DNA of 64,000 bases from a virus (IMGVR_UViG_3300031998_000032:44042-108041); one strand, 5' to 3'; positions 27,178 through 37,087 are shown, numbered from the stretch's first letter. The notes: generated from the letters alone by a model not told the origin. A program made the numbers and translations.

Positions 27178-28014
27178 TTATTTTCCGTTGAAGAAATCCA
27201 ATACACTCTCATTGAGATTATTCGCATTGACGCAAATGTATCGCTCGGTCATTGTGGCCGACGAATGACCGACTATGCGTTGAATAACCGGTACGGGTAT
27301 GTTTCGCAAAGCCATGTCGGTACAGAAGCTACGTCGTGAGCTGTGGGCTGAGATAAACTCATACTTCGGGCCCTTCTTCAGCTTGCCGCCGACAAACAGC
27401 GATATTTCCTCGGTCATGCCCAACTTACGGCACACCCTGGATATAACCTTGTTGATAGCACTTTGTGAATGCTCTTTCTTAGGCTGCTCCTGCAGGTATT
27501 TTGGCAGCAGGTGGTGAACCGGCTGCTTGACCTCCGTTTTTGTCTTCTGCGAGACGTAAACAAGGGCTCCGTCACGTATATTATCCATAGATAATCGTTT
27601 GCAGTCTGATGAACGGGCACCGGTGAGACAGCCACGCATAAAGATAATCTTGACATCACGTTCACAGTCGTTGACCGGCTCATACTTATCCCACATCAGG
27701 ACTTCCTCCTCAGTCAGTGCTATATGCTGACTCGGTTCCTTCTTAACCTTGAGTTCCTTAGCCGGGTTCTTACAAGGTATGATACCTTCATCTGCATAAC
27801 GGTTGAGGAAAGCCTTGAGGACGGCGAGGTAGGTCCTGACTGAATTGTTTGCCATCTTTTCGCAGAGATAATCCCTGATACGGGAGAGGTTAAGTGTGGT
27901 GATGTCATCCCATTCGATAGCCTCCACACCTATAGCATCGCGCATAAAGCGCAGCAGATGAATGTAGTCGGGTTTGACCCGCGTCCATTCCTGTTCAAAA
28001 CGAAGTATGTTCAT
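27178..28014 (-). CDS. Second tyrosine recombinase (small, XerC/D-like)
   Basis: 278 aa. 'RGCLTGARSSD' (box I R), 'HSSRRSFCTDM' (H-x-x-R), 'GHSSATMTERYI' (catalytic Tyr). Confidence 0.75.
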   Translation of the reverse strand: MNILRFEQEWTRVKPDYIHLLRFMRDAIGVEAIEWDDITTLNLSRIRDYLCEKMANNSVRTYLAVLKAFLNRYADEGIIPCKNPAKELKVKKEPSQHIALTEEEVLMWDKYEPVNDCERDVKIIFMRGCLTGARSSDCKRLSMDNIRDGALVYVSQKTKTEVKQPVHHLLPKYLQEQPKKEHSQSAINKVISRVCRKLGMTEEISLFVGGKLKKGPKYEFISAHSSRRSFCTDMALRNIPVPVIQRIVGHSSATMTERYICVNANNLNESVLDFFNGK

Positions 28015-28073
28015 AGCGTTTGATTTGATGATTTGTTTGTGGGTCCGGACAACTCCCGTTATCCGAGCCCTTA

Positions 28074-29432
28074 TTACTGGCGGGCCTCAGCGCAGATACG
28101 TCGCACTTCGTCCTCAGTCGATACCAAGACCTTGGCAGAACGTTTCCATCCTTCGCCTTTGACCTCACCGAGACAGCCGAGTGCCACCATGTCATCGAAG
28201 TCACGCATAGCCGACTTACGGGACAGGAAATAAGGCCATATGCCGAAGCTGGCCGGAGTGACCACCTCATAGTTAAGCGCAAACACACACATCAGATCCT
28301 CGGTACCCTTTGACACGTCAATATGTTTCTTTTCAGAAGCTGTTGACGGCAGATAAAGAACGGAAGAATAAGTGCTCTGATACATAACGTCAAGCTGACG
28401 TACATTACGTGTCACATACTCGGTATCGGCGAAGCCACACTGTAACCTGATGTCATCAACACCGTCAGAGTAAATCATGTCACCCTTGCCGATGAGGTTC
28501 TCCGCTCCGGTATGGTCGAGAATGACACGTGAATCCACTCCGGATGCGACGCGAAAAGCGATACGTACCGGAAAGTTTGCTTTGATGTTGCCTGTCACGA
28601 TAGTAGCGGCCGGCCGTTGGGTTGCGATGATCATATGTATGCCGACCGCACGTGCTTTCTGTGCGATGCGGCAGATGAGCAGCTCTACGGGCTTGCCGCC
28701 TGTCATGATAAGGTCTGCGTATTCATCAACGACAACGACCAGGTACCGCATGAACTCCTCACCTTTGCACAGGCCGTCATTATACTCACCGATATTGCGC
28801 ACACCCTTGAGTGAGAGTAGTAGATAACGATACTCCATGAGTTCCACAACACGTTGAAGCGTCTCTATGGCGCTATCGGTTGATGTGGCGATATAGTCCG
28901 CCAGATAACGGCCGTATAAGCTTTCATAGACAGACAACTCAACCTGCTTTGGGTCGATGAGTGCTATCTGCATCTGCTCGGGTGACCGTCTGTTCATCAT
29001 TGAGAGCAGAAGCATATTCAAGCATACTGACTTACCTTGACCGGTGGCACCGGCAATAAGCAGATGCGGCATATCAGCCAGGTCACGCATAAACATCTGT
29101 CCGTCGACGGTCTCGCCTATAGCACACGGCAACTTCATATCGGTTGTCGTATATCTCGTGTCGGACAAGATTGTTTCAGCATGGACTATCTGCCGTTGCT
29201 CATTGGGTACTTCGATACCAACCGAGCCGTCCTGCATAGGTGCTATGATACGTACCGCCGGTACGCCGAGTGCAGTTGCTATCTCGTCTTTCAGGCCACG
29301 TATACGTGAGATACGTGTACCTATGGCCGGATGAACGGTGTAGAGTGTGACAGTACTACCGCGAGTCTCCTTGATATCTTCCACCTTCACCTTGAAGGTC
29401 TTGAAGACTTCCATAATAGTTTCTTTGTTCAT
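28074..29432 (-). CDS. FtsK/SpoIIIE-family DNA translocase ATPase
   Basis: 'LLIAGATGQGKSV' (Walker A), 'IALIDPKQVEL', 'LVVVVDEYADL' (Walker B), 'GIHMIIATQRP'. Confidence 0.75.
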   Translation of the reverse strand: MNKETIMEVFKTFKVKVEDIKETRGSTVTLYTVHPAIGTRISRIRGLKDEIATALGVPAVRIIAPMQDGSVGIEVPNEQRQIVHAETILSDTRYTTTDMKLPCAIGETVDGQMFMRDLADMPHLLIAGATGQGKSVCLNMLLLSMMNRRSPEQMQIALIDPKQVELSVYESLYGRYLADYIATSTDSAIETLQRVVELMEYRYLLLSLKGVRNIGEYNDGLCKGEEFMRYLVVVVDEYADLIMTGGKPVELLICRIAQKARAVGIHMIIATQRPAATIVTGNIKANFPVRIAFRVASGVDSRVILDHTGAENLIGKGDMIYSDGVDDIRLQCGFADTEYVTRNVRQLDVMYQSTYSSVLYLPSTASEKKHIDVSKGTEDLMCVFALNYEVVTPASFGIWPYFLSRKSAMRDFDDMVALGCLGEVKGEGWKRSAKVLVSTEDEVRRICAEARQ

Positions 29433-29671
29433 AATTGTTTGTTTTGATTGTTCGTAGTAGACGGGAGTACTCGCATACTCACCGTCCTTGTCACACTTAA
29501 AACTCGAAACATTCCTCCTTTTGCGGGAGTGAATGGTGACGGGCCACTCATCCCTGAGAAGCCCGCCTGTTTCACACTTTAAAACTCAACGTTATGAATT
29601 TTGAGTTTACCGACTTGAATCGGCGACACAAAGATAACTCTTTTTTTGAATTATGTTCGTTTATTCATGGA

Positions 29672-29914
29672 TTATTTTACCCATGCAGCGCAGGCTACTC
29701 CGTAACGTGCCAGGTTGCGTTCCATCTTCTCGGCTTTCATCAAAGCTTTGGCCCGTTCCTCGGGAGAATGTGTTTTAAGTCGCGCAAGAGCCTTTTTACC
29801 GGCTTGTTTGGATACTTTACCTTTGGGTACCATAAGCAGGTAGAACCAATCTTCAGTCACTCCGTCCACCTCTATCTGTAGAGATGGGATTTTGTTCGCT
29901 TCTTCTTTTGTCAT
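29672..29914 (-). CDS. small hypothetical protein (80 aa), first gene of the array; upstream box degenerate
   Basis: ORF 'MTKEEANKIPSLQIEVDG...'. Confidence 0.45.
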   Translation of the reverse strand: MTKEEANKIPSLQIEVDGVTEDWFYLLMVPKGKVSKQAGKKALARLKTHSPEERAKALMKAEKMERNLARYGVACAAWVK

Positions 29915-29932
29915 CTTCCTTTGTTTATTCGG

Positions 29933-30190
29933 TTAAACAATACTGAATCCACCCAAGCCGTTCTTGCTCATACATTCGATATAGAACGCCATATACGCAC
30001 CTTTCAGTGTGTAAGTACCATGCGATTCTCGGTCGCTTACAAAATCATCAGAGTTGATTCTATCCCATGCTAAAGAGTTATTACTCTTGCATGAGTAGAT
30101 CTGTCCGCGATACTTAATCTCCACCTGATAAGTTGAGTACCCGGAGATACTCCTTATCCATACTTTTTCTTTCAGTTGTTTGAGTGTCAT
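29933..30190 (-). CDS. small hypothetical protein (85 aa)
   Basis: ORF plus upstream box 'ttttagttagacat'. Confidence 0.45.
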   Translation of the reverse strand: MTLKQLKEKVWIRSISGYSTYQVEIKYRGQIYSCKSNNSLAWDRINSDDFVSDRESHGTYTLKGAYMAFYIECMSKNGLGGFSIV

Positions 30191-30253
30191 AATCTTTGTT
30201 TTTAGTTAGACATATAGCTCTCCGCGTAGTTATCATACTACGCAGGGATGAGT

Positions 30254-30568
30254 TCATACCACAAAGGCTGGGGGATTGAGTCTTGTCAGAATCTTGTCGT
30301 CGAGATTGGCCAACTTATATTCGCCGGATTCAATCTTCTTTTCTGTCGTCTTTCTATCTTCTCCCAGAAACTTGTTGCGATAGGCGCAGGTTGTTTTTGT
30401 GCAATAGTACCACCAATAGCGGTCGAGAGTAATCTTTCCATCGTCATTGATTGCGATGAGAGATTGGAATGACTGAAAATACTTTTTCTTTCCCACTGTA
30501 ATAATAAAGTGGGTACGAGATAATCCGGCACATCCATGCGCGGGCATTCTCTCAATACTTTTTTTCAT
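30254..30568 (-). CDS. small hypothetical protein (104 aa)
   Basis: ORF plus upstream box 'ttttagtgaaacaatg'. Confidence 0.45.
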   Translation of the reverse strand: MKKSIERMPAHGCAGLSRTHFIITVGKKKYFQSFQSLIAINDDGKITLDRYWWYYCTKTTCAYRNKFLGEDRKTTEKKIESGEYKLANLDDKILTRLNPPAFVV

Positions 30569-30630
30569 AATCTTTGAGTTTTAGTGAAACAATGTATTCC
30601 CACGCTCCACGGAGAGCGAAGGAACAATGG

Positions 30631-30885
30631 TCAATCGCAGTAGAGAACAGTCTTTTCCCAGAAGAATTCATAACCGCGAATGGTTGTACATTCATTGAAT
30701 TTGATAATCTCCTTGACGCCATCCTCGAATTCTTGCTGATCGTCATCAAATTCGTCATAAACAAAATCGATTGCTTTCTTGACCATTTCCTCGGTAGGTT
30801 TTTTGCCCACCTCAATAGCCATACAAGTCAGTTTGTAATCATCCTCGGTGTCAACCGCCTGAAGCAAATAAATTTCTTTCTCCAT
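30631..30885 (-). CDS. small acidic hypothetical protein (84 aa)
   Basis: ORF plus box. Confidence 0.45.
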   Translation of the reverse strand: MEKEIYLLQAVDTEDDYKLTCMAIEVGKKPTEEMVKKAIDFVYDEFDDDQQEFEDGVKEIIKFNECTTIRGYEFFWEKTVLYCD

Positions 30886-30949
30886 AATATTTGAGTTTTA
30901 GTGAAACAATAGCGCCCATTTTTGCATTCCTGCAAAAGCGGGCCAACGA

Positions 30950-31348
30950 TTAGAGGTATTTGAGAATATCGTCTCTTAGCTTACTCTGCACGTCGTTAGG
31001 TAGAGAGTCATAGTGGATATCGCCCTCGAATTCCGAGCAACTGACATGGAGATAAATCCTGTCATCGTTATCACAGTACCATACGCTTTCAATTTCGCGT
31101 TCAGCACCGGATATCTTCACGAACAACTGTATATCTGCTGCGAACAAATTAATACCTTTACCACCCTCCTTATGGATTAAATCCATGAGAGCCTCTTCCA
31201 GCTCCGGCTTATAATGTCCGGAGTTCTCGCTGTTAAGGTGATTTATCGTCCTACGTACAGGACAGTTATCGCACATATCCAAGTTTGCGCATACACACTC
31301 TCCGCAGACAACATCCGCTGCGTTTTTGATTAATTCAAATGAATCCAT
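30950..31348 (-). CDS. small Cys-rich hypothetical protein (132 aa; CGECVC...CDNCP)
   Basis: ORF plus box 'ttttaaggtgaaacat'. Confidence 0.45.
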   Translation of the reverse strand: MDSFELIKNAADVVCGECVCANLDMCDNCPVRRTINHLNSENSGHYKPELEEALMDLIHKEGGKGINLFAADIQLFVKISGAEREIESVWYCDNDDRIYLHVSCSEFEGDIHYDSLPNDVQSKLRDDILKYL

Positions 31349-31404
31349 ATTCTTGTAGTTTTAAGGTGAAACATATTTGTAAATAGGGCAGAATTCGCTC
31401 TGTC

Positions 31405-31629
31405 CTATTCATCCGGCTCCTCTATATATATACAATCAGTAATAACACGAGGGGTTTCGTCCGAGCTGTCTAAACTTACCAAGCGTGACGCATATAAATC
31501 GATAAACTCATTCTTGTACTTATCCGTACTATTGTTTACCAATTCAAGAGCTTCATTTGCGCTTCTTGCTGCACAAATGGCGCATCCGCCAACAGCAACA
31601 GCATTTGGTGTTACACAATACACAAACAT
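31405..31629 (-). CDS. small hypothetical protein (74 aa)
   Basis: Start reassigned to the Met after the box; the ORF-track extension 'ALFHLKNQIM' is the box translated. Confidence 0.4.
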   Translation of the reverse strand: MFVYCVTPNAVAVGGCAICAARSANEALELVNNSTDKYKNEFIDLYASRLVSLDSSDETPRVITDCIYIEEPDE

Positions 31630-31687
31630 AATTTGATTTTTTAGGTGAAACAATGCTCCACGCGGGGAAGTCACTCCCCGGATGGAA

Positions 31688-32014
31688 TTAAAAGTAGAAG
31701 GTAGCAATGTGGTGGCACACCCACGTATGCAAGGCGTATCCGGTCAATTCTTCTTTGAAGTAGCCGTCACGCGCAAAGCTGTTTTCCAGGAAGAATCGTA
31801 TTGCATCGCAAATATCCTTGCTTACAACCGACTGCGAATCAAAACATCCGCTCCATTTGTTTATCCACACGGAGAAATCCCATTTACCGTCATTGTTGGC
31901 ACCGATAACCTTCCAACAATCAGCTCGACTCGATTTGGTGTAGCCTACACAGATAATCTGCCTGTCTTTGAGCATCTGTACAAAACGCTCTTTTGCTTCT
32001 TTTTCGTAATCCAT
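31688..32014 (-). CDS. small hypothetical protein (108 aa)
   Basis: Start at M11 of the track ORF ('MFHLKLTIM' = translated box). Confidence 0.45.
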   Translation of the reverse strand: MDYEKEAKERFVQMLKDRQIICVGYTKSSRADCWKVIGANNDGKWDFSVWINKWSGCFDSQSVVSKDICDAIRFFLENSFARDGYFKEELTGYALHTWVCHHIATFYF

Positions 32015-32075
32015 AATAGTGAGTTTTAGGTGAAACATTAGCATCGGCAGAGGGTTTCAATCCTCTACCGATGGG

Positions 32076-32453
32076 CTACTGAGTACGTTCTTCGATATAA
32101 GTGCTTATACTCGCCCAATCCGCCCACTCGAAGATGTCTTGCGCAAGATCCTCCGCAGTGAATTTCTTGACAAAATCCTCATCTTCTCCATGCCAAAGCA
32201 TTGATTCGCGTACTTCGTCGATGCGGGCCTTACAAAGACTGAGAATAGAGTTGTAACTTTCTCCGTAATCACCCTCGATGATTTCAGTGTCAGTCAGTTC
32301 ATAGTCAGCCTCTGAGAGTTTCTCTAATTGATACTCACTCATGTAGCAAACCTCATCTCCTTTACGTTCAAAAGCATCGCAGTCTTTGAATATGAGGCCG
32401 TTCCATGTTTCTTCGGTGTTATCCAAGAAACGTTTGTTGAATTCTGATTCCAT
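32076..32453 (-). CDS. small acidic hypothetical protein (125 aa)
   Basis: Start at M9 ('MFHLKLNDM' artifact). Confidence 0.45.
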   Translation of the reverse strand: MESEFNKRFLDNTEETWNGLIFKDCDAFERKGDEVCYMSEYQLEKLSEADYELTDTEIIEGDYGESYNSILSLCKARIDEVRESMLWHGEDEDFVKKFTAEDLAQDIFEWADWASISTYIEERTQ

Positions 32454-32692
32454 ATCATTAAGTTTTAAGTGAAACATTTGCTGCTACAAAAACTTTCATA
32501 TCTTTGTAGCAAAATCGAGAGGGAGGAATAAATCCTCCCCGGCGATCATCGGAATGAGACTCCCAATGAAATGGCGAAGTGCCAGATTCTGATAGTGATA
32601 GTTACTCTCATAGAACCTCTCGATTTAACCCTTCAACCAAAGACGTGAAGGTTTCGCCAAATGGATGTGAGTGTGAGTCACATCCATTCTTT

Positions 32693-33172
32693 TTATTCTA
32701 CCGTTACTTCGGTAATCTTACCCACTGAGTGATTGGCGGTGTAATAACCTTCCTCGTAAGCTTCAAAAAGTTCGTCGGTGTCAGTCTCGACAATCCAACC
32801 GGCTTTCTGGTCAGTCTTGATTTCATCGTCTCGCCATTCTTTGAGGGCTTTGACAGCATCGTCTCTGTGGTCAAAAACTCGGATTTCATTGTGGAGAATT
32901 TCGTTATCCCACGCCATGTCGCGTGTGAAAACCCACACCGAGCGGTTGTAGTATGTCAAGATGTGATGATGTGCATCGTTTATCAATCCGCACAATTCTT
33001 CCTCGAAATTATTGCAGGCATACTCTTCTTTTAGCTGTCCTTCGTTTGTGATGATATTGACAGTGTAATATCCGTCCTCCTCTTCAATGATTTGGATTTT
33101 CCACTTCTGATCTTTAAGCCAGTCGTTTGCAACAAGCAGTAAACTTTCCCATTCTTTTTTTTCGTTTGCCAT
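32693..33172 (-). CDS. hypothetical protein (159 aa)
   Basis: Start at M13 ('HLKTTIM' artifact). Confidence 0.45.
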   Translation of the reverse strand: MANEKKEWESLLLVANDWLKDQKWKIQIIEEEDGYYTVNIITNEGQLKEEYACNNFEEELCGLINDAHHHILTYYNRSVWVFTRDMAWDNEILHNEIRVFDHRDDAVKALKEWRDDEIKTDQKAGWIVETDTDELFEAYEEGYYTANHSVGKITEVTVE

Positions 33173-33238
33173 AATTGTAGTTTTTAAGTGTGAAACATTG
33201 GCGACCATTTTCGTAGTTACACGAAAATGATCTGAGGG

Positions 33239-33622
33239 TTAGTAATAGCAGACGTAGTTGCCGCAAGGAGTGGCCTCGGTGATATCCTCGAAATCCAGGA
33301 TGAACACTTCTGCGTTCTTGCCGTGATAATTGTTGATAATGTCCAATATTCCCTCGGCTGAATAGTCGCCTTCGTACATAGCATACTCGCAGAAGCCTTC
33401 ATCCACATAATTCCCGCAGTCACCGGAGTAATTTTTGTAGTGTTCGATGAACTCCGATAGCGGCTCGATGAATCCCGAGAACTCGCAGTTTTTCCAATCT
33501 TCGTCGCCTTCATAGACATATCCGAAGATATGGATGTTCTTCACTCCGTTGTTATCCTCGAAGATGTCGTAGAAATTAAACTCTTCAGGCTTTGTCAGTT
33601 TGTTCAGTTTCTCCATGTTCAT
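33239..33622 (-). CDS. small acidic hypothetical protein (127 aa). No box of its own; start overlaps the stop of the upstream gene (two-gene operon exception)
   Basis: ORF. ATG at 33622 overlaps the stop of 33619..33921. Confidence 0.4.
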   Translation of the reverse strand: MNMEKLNKLTKPEEFNFYDIFEDNNGVKNIHIFGYVYEGDEDWKNCEFSGFIEPLSEFIEHYKNYSGDCGNYVDEGFCEYAMYEGDYSAEGILDIINNYHGKNAEVFILDFEDITEATPCGNYVCYY

Positions 33623-33921
33623 ACCTCCTCTAATTTGTTGAGTTCAACTTCTTTGACAAGATAACGCGTGTATCCGTAATCGCTTTGGTTATGACGCATC
33701 AGGTCGTCAAAGATATCTGCACATAAATCCCGCACGCCGCGGATTTCATCACCCTCGTACGCTTGTTCTCTCTCATATTGGAGATGTTCTTTACGTCTTT
33801 CCCAAATAAGCTTTTTTGCACCTTTCTCCAACTTTTCTTCTGAGGAGAAAACACCCATGAGAACCAGGGAATCTGACGATAGCCATTCGTCGCCCTCGTA
33901 AAGTAAAAATACTGTTGCCAT
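33619..33921 (-). CDS. small hypothetical protein (100 aa)
   Basis: ORF plus degenerate box 'ttttaagtgtgaatag'. Confidence 0.45.
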   Translation of the reverse strand: MATVFLLYEGDEWLSSDSLVLMGVFSSEEKLEKGAKKLIWERRKEHLQYEREQAYEGDEIRGVRDLCADIFDDLMRHNQSDYGYTRYLVKEVELNKLEEV

Positions 33922-33985
33922 AATAGTTTTGTTTTAAGTGTGAATAGTGGTTCCGCAGTCGCTCGCGTGAACGGCTACGGATAGT

Positions 33986-34294
33986 TCAGATTGCCTCGTG
34001 GATAACTTCCCACAAATTTTCTGCAGTTGGACACCAATCAAATACCTCGATTGGCTCTTGATTTGTACGGAGTGTAAACCCTTCGTTTGGATAATTGTTT
34101 TCCTGAGAAAATAATATGAGATACCATTTTCTTCCCAACTTCTGCACGAAGTAGCCATCCCAATCACCGGCAGATGACGATTGATTCTCGTACTCTACCC
34201 GACACACGCTCTTGAATGATTCGAGTTTCTTCTGAGGTTCGTACCAATTACCCGGCACATTCCATTCTCGGCCACATAATAAAGCTTTGTTCAT
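33986..34294 (-). CDS. small hypothetical protein (102 aa)
   Basis: ORF plus degenerate box. Confidence 0.4.
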   Translation of the reverse strand: MNKALLCGREWNVPGNWYEPQKKLESFKSVCRVEYENQSSSAGDWDGYFVQKLGRKWYLILFSQENNYPNEGFTLRTNQEPIEVFDWCPTAENLWEVIHEAI

Positions 34295-34312
34295 AGCTAT
34301 TGGATTTAAGAG

Positions 34313-34525
34313 TTAGCACAAATTATTCTCGGCACGCCATTTGTCAAACTCCGCCAAGGTCAGGACTTTCTTCCCGCCAACTTCATTGAGATTGTCAAAT
34401 GAATAGAGTTCGCGAAGAAAACGTCTGAACCCTCCAAAGAACTCACGGTTGGAGATTCCCAACTCGTTTGTCTTGACAAGACATTTCTTTTGAACCTTGT
34501 CGTTTGTAGTTACTAAGTAAGTCAT
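34313..34525 (-). CDS. small hypothetical protein (70 aa)
   Basis: Start at the Met after the box ('THLKQIIM' artifact). Confidence 0.4.
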   Translation of the reverse strand: MTYLVTTNDKVQKKCLVKTNELGISNREFFGGFRRFLRELYSFDNLNEVGGKKVLTLAEFDKWRAENNLC

Positions 34526-34584
34526 AATGATTTGTTTTAAGTGAGTGGCATCCCCGAGAGCAATCACTCCCTCGGAGATAATAG

Positions 34585-35364
34585 TCATACAGCAACGGCT
34601 GGGCGAGTTTTTAGCTGATAGCCGAAGTAATCCTTGTGATCCCATCGGTTATGACGGAACTCAACTTCGTATGCGATGACATACGGACCGCCATACGGAC
34701 TTCTCACCCAATGGTAATCGACAATGATTCCTTCGTCCTCTCTGCGCTCAGCCTTTACTGCTGTGCCGATTTTGAGATAATCGAGAGGAACGAGGTCGTC
34801 AAGCTGGAACTCGGTCTTGAATCCGCAGAGGTCTTCGTTTTCCCAACCTTTCGAGAAGGCTTTCGGCATACGCTCAGCTGCGTCGAAAGGGATGTTTTCA
34901 TTTAGAGAATAGACATTCTCTTTCTTCATCCAATCCTTGCAGTTTTCGTACACGTATTCTTGCAGATAACGCGGTGCCTTACTTGCCTCGCGGAAGATTG
35001 CGTAATATCTCGCGGCTTCCTTGCGATGCTGTGAGAGATAAAGCAATGCTTTCTCGAACTTACGCTCAGTCGTTCCGTCTGCGCCTATCTTTGTTTGGCC
35101 GGTGTATGTTCCCCATAGCTGAATATGGTTCATCGCACGAGTCTCTGCGTTCCAACGTCTGAGAAGTTCTTTCTTGAAGTCTTGCTCGTCACCTTTCTTG
35201 TCGGTGTAACTCTGCGGAAATTGATATTCCGTATTTCCGACCTTCACTGTGACAAGATTGTCGCTCAGAGCCATAGGACTCCATGCATCTCCTGACGGGT
35301 TTTTGCACACCTCGCTCGTTCCTGAATTCAGATAGTCAAGGATGTTTTCTTCTTTTTTAGCCAT
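34585..35364 (-). CDS. hypothetical protein (259 aa), largest gene of the array
   Basis: ORF plus box 'tttaagtgtgagacaat'. Confidence 0.45.
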   Translation of the reverse strand: MAKKEENILDYLNSGTSEVCKNPSGDAWSPMALSDNLVTVKVGNTEYQFPQSYTDKKGDEQDFKKELLRRWNAETRAMNHIQLWGTYTGQTKIGADGTTERKFEKALLYLSQHRKEAARYYAIFREASKAPRYLQEYVYENCKDWMKKENVYSLNENIPFDAAERMPKAFSKGWENEDLCGFKTEFQLDDLVPLDYLKIGTAVKAERREDEGIIVDYHWVRSPYGGPYVIAYEVEFRHNRWDHKDYFGYQLKTRPAVAV

Positions 35365-35408
35365 AATAATTAAGTTTAAGTGTGAGACAATTAGTAAGTA
35401 AAAGAGGA

Positions 35409-35966
35409 TTACTCCTCCTTTACTGACACGAGTTCGACTTCATGCACCCATGCTTCAGCTTCAGAATTTCCGTCGACCTCCGAAAGATAAACCTGCGGAT
35501 CGTTGTCGTAGCAATAACCTATCCTGTCTACGACAAAAATTCTATTGAGCACCCACTTTCTGTCTTCCGGCTCATAATCCTCGATAGCGGGGTCTTTCCA
35601 TTTGACTTTGGCGCCAACCTTAATCAGTTTGCCGTGCATATCTTTCGGAACTTCGGGAAGATAATCCATAATAAACTCGATGTGCGAGTAATGGATTTCG
35701 TCGAGTCTGAATTCCAAATCAAATCCATCGTCTTTGGCTGTACCGGCCAGGCAGATGATTCCATTCTCGTCAGTCCAAATTTTGTCGACGTTTACATCAC
35801 CCACCCATCCGGTTGAATTCTTTCCGACAGTGATGATGGGATATTCCAAATATTCGTTGTCCTCCCAGCTGAATGAACCTCCGAGAGATTCCAAACATTT
35901 GTGTAACTCCTTAATTTCCTTGGCTGCAATCTTTGCGTACTCGTCGTAAAATGATTTGTGTTTCAT
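35409..35966 (-). CDS. hypothetical protein (185 aa)
   Basis: Start at M9 ('MSHLKHLIM' artifact). Confidence 0.45.
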   Translation of the reverse strand: MKHKSFYDEYAKIAAKEIKELHKCLESLGGSFSWEDNEYLEYPIITVGKNSTGWVGDVNVDKIWTDENGIICLAGTAKDDGFDLEFRLDEIHYSHIEFIMDYLPEVPKDMHGKLIKVGAKVKWKDPAIEDYEPEDRKWVLNRIFVVDRIGYCYDNDPQVYLSEVDGNSEAEAWVHEVELVSVKEE

Positions 35967-36026
35967 AATTAAATGTTTTAAGTGAGACAATAGTTCTCCG
36001 CCAGGCCTTTACACCTGACGAAGAAA

Positions 36027-36248
36027 TCAGAACTCCACGATATCCACGTTGTAGGATTTTGAGATGCGTATAGCTGCCGATTCAGATACATCTCCATAAC
36101 TCTTGTCGGTTTCGTAGAAGAAATTGAATCCGGCGCAGAAATTCAAAAGGGTGGCCATTGTATCGGGCTTCTTCTTGTTTTCTTTCATCTTGTCGCGGAA
36201 TTCCTGCGTCTTGAGGGCAGGAACTTGCCATACTTTGATTACTTCCAT
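36027..36248 (-). CDS. small hypothetical protein (73 aa)
   Basis: ORF plus box 'ttttagtgaatgat'. Confidence 0.4.
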   Translation of the reverse strand: MEVIKVWQVPALKTQEFRDKMKENKKKPDTMATLLNFCAGFNFFYETDKSYGDVSESAAIRISKSYNVDIVEF

Positions 36249-36309
36249 AATTTAATGTTTTAGTGAATGATTGGCTCTCCCGAAGGGCGTGGGCTCTCCG
36301 AGAGTGGAG

Positions 36310-36765
36310 TTAATACCATTCGGTGTAGTAATAATCAGCATCAGCACAATATTCGTCGATTATCTCGTCGCACTCTTCTTTCGAGAGGTCTTCGATTTTA
36401 CGTCCTTCGCCCTCTTCTTCAAGGTATTTGATGATATCATCTTTGTAGATGCGCCACTTTCTGAATTCTTTCATTGTGATACCTTCAGATTTGGCGGCAC
36501 ATTTATCGGAGCAAGCGTATCCGGCATCATTAAGATACCATCCTTCTTCCATGATAGCGCCACATATTGTGCAAACGCGCATGGAATCGACATCGAGCCA
36601 ATTGATGAGAATTGCATACCTTGTTTCTCCGTCACCTTTCTCCAATGCTTTTAATACACTTGGAAAAATGTATTCAAAGGCTTTGTCGCCTACCATTTCC
36701 CTTACTTTACTTTCGATTTCTTCATAGGCGTGTGCAGAAATCATTTCGTCTAATTTCTTTGCCAT
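36310..36765 (-). CDS. hypothetical Zn-ribbon protein (151 aa; CTICG...CSDKC)
   Basis: Start at the Met after the box ('CFTIKLKTM' artifact). Confidence 0.45.
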   Translation of the reverse strand: MAKKLDEMISAHAYEEIESKVREMVGDKAFEYIFPSVLKALEKGDGETRYAILINWLDVDSMRVCTICGAIMEEGWYLNDAGYACSDKCAAKSEGITMKEFRKWRIYKDDIIKYLEEEGEGRKIEDLSKEECDEIIDEYCADADYYYTEWY

Positions 36766-36808
36766 AGTTTTGAGTTTAATAGTGAAACATTTGCAGTTAC
36801 GGACGATA

Positions 36809-37024
36809 TCACTCGTCCATAACTTCCTCGTTGGTTTCGTAGCACCAGCCACTGATGTACCAATACCAGATATTCTCGTTTGGCTCTATTGTGCCGTCAA
36901 TGAGTTCCTCGAAGAGAAAATCCCAACAGCCGTAGTTTTTAAATTGCTTTTTCCATTCAGTAAGGCTACCGCCTAAGACGAGATGTATTTTCTTGCCATC
37001 GACAATGATTGTTACTTTTTTCAT
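36809..37024 (-). CDS. small hypothetical protein (71 aa)
   Basis: Start at M9 ('MFHSKLTIM' artifact). Confidence 0.4.
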   Translation of the reverse strand: MKKVTIIVDGKKIHLVLGGSLTEWKKQFKNYGCWDFLFEELIDGTIEPNENIWYWYISGWCYETNEEVMDE

Positions 37025-37087
37025 AATTGTGAGTTTTGAGTGAAACATTGGCTCCAGGACCGAGATTGCTCGCGGTCCGAGAATAAG

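Noticed and set aside
29594-29881. + strand 95-aa ORF following a + oriented box
   Set aside because: Not called as a gene. It is F/C/H/G-rich and overlaps the better minus-strand ORF 29672-29914. It is reported as a finding about the flipped cassette only.
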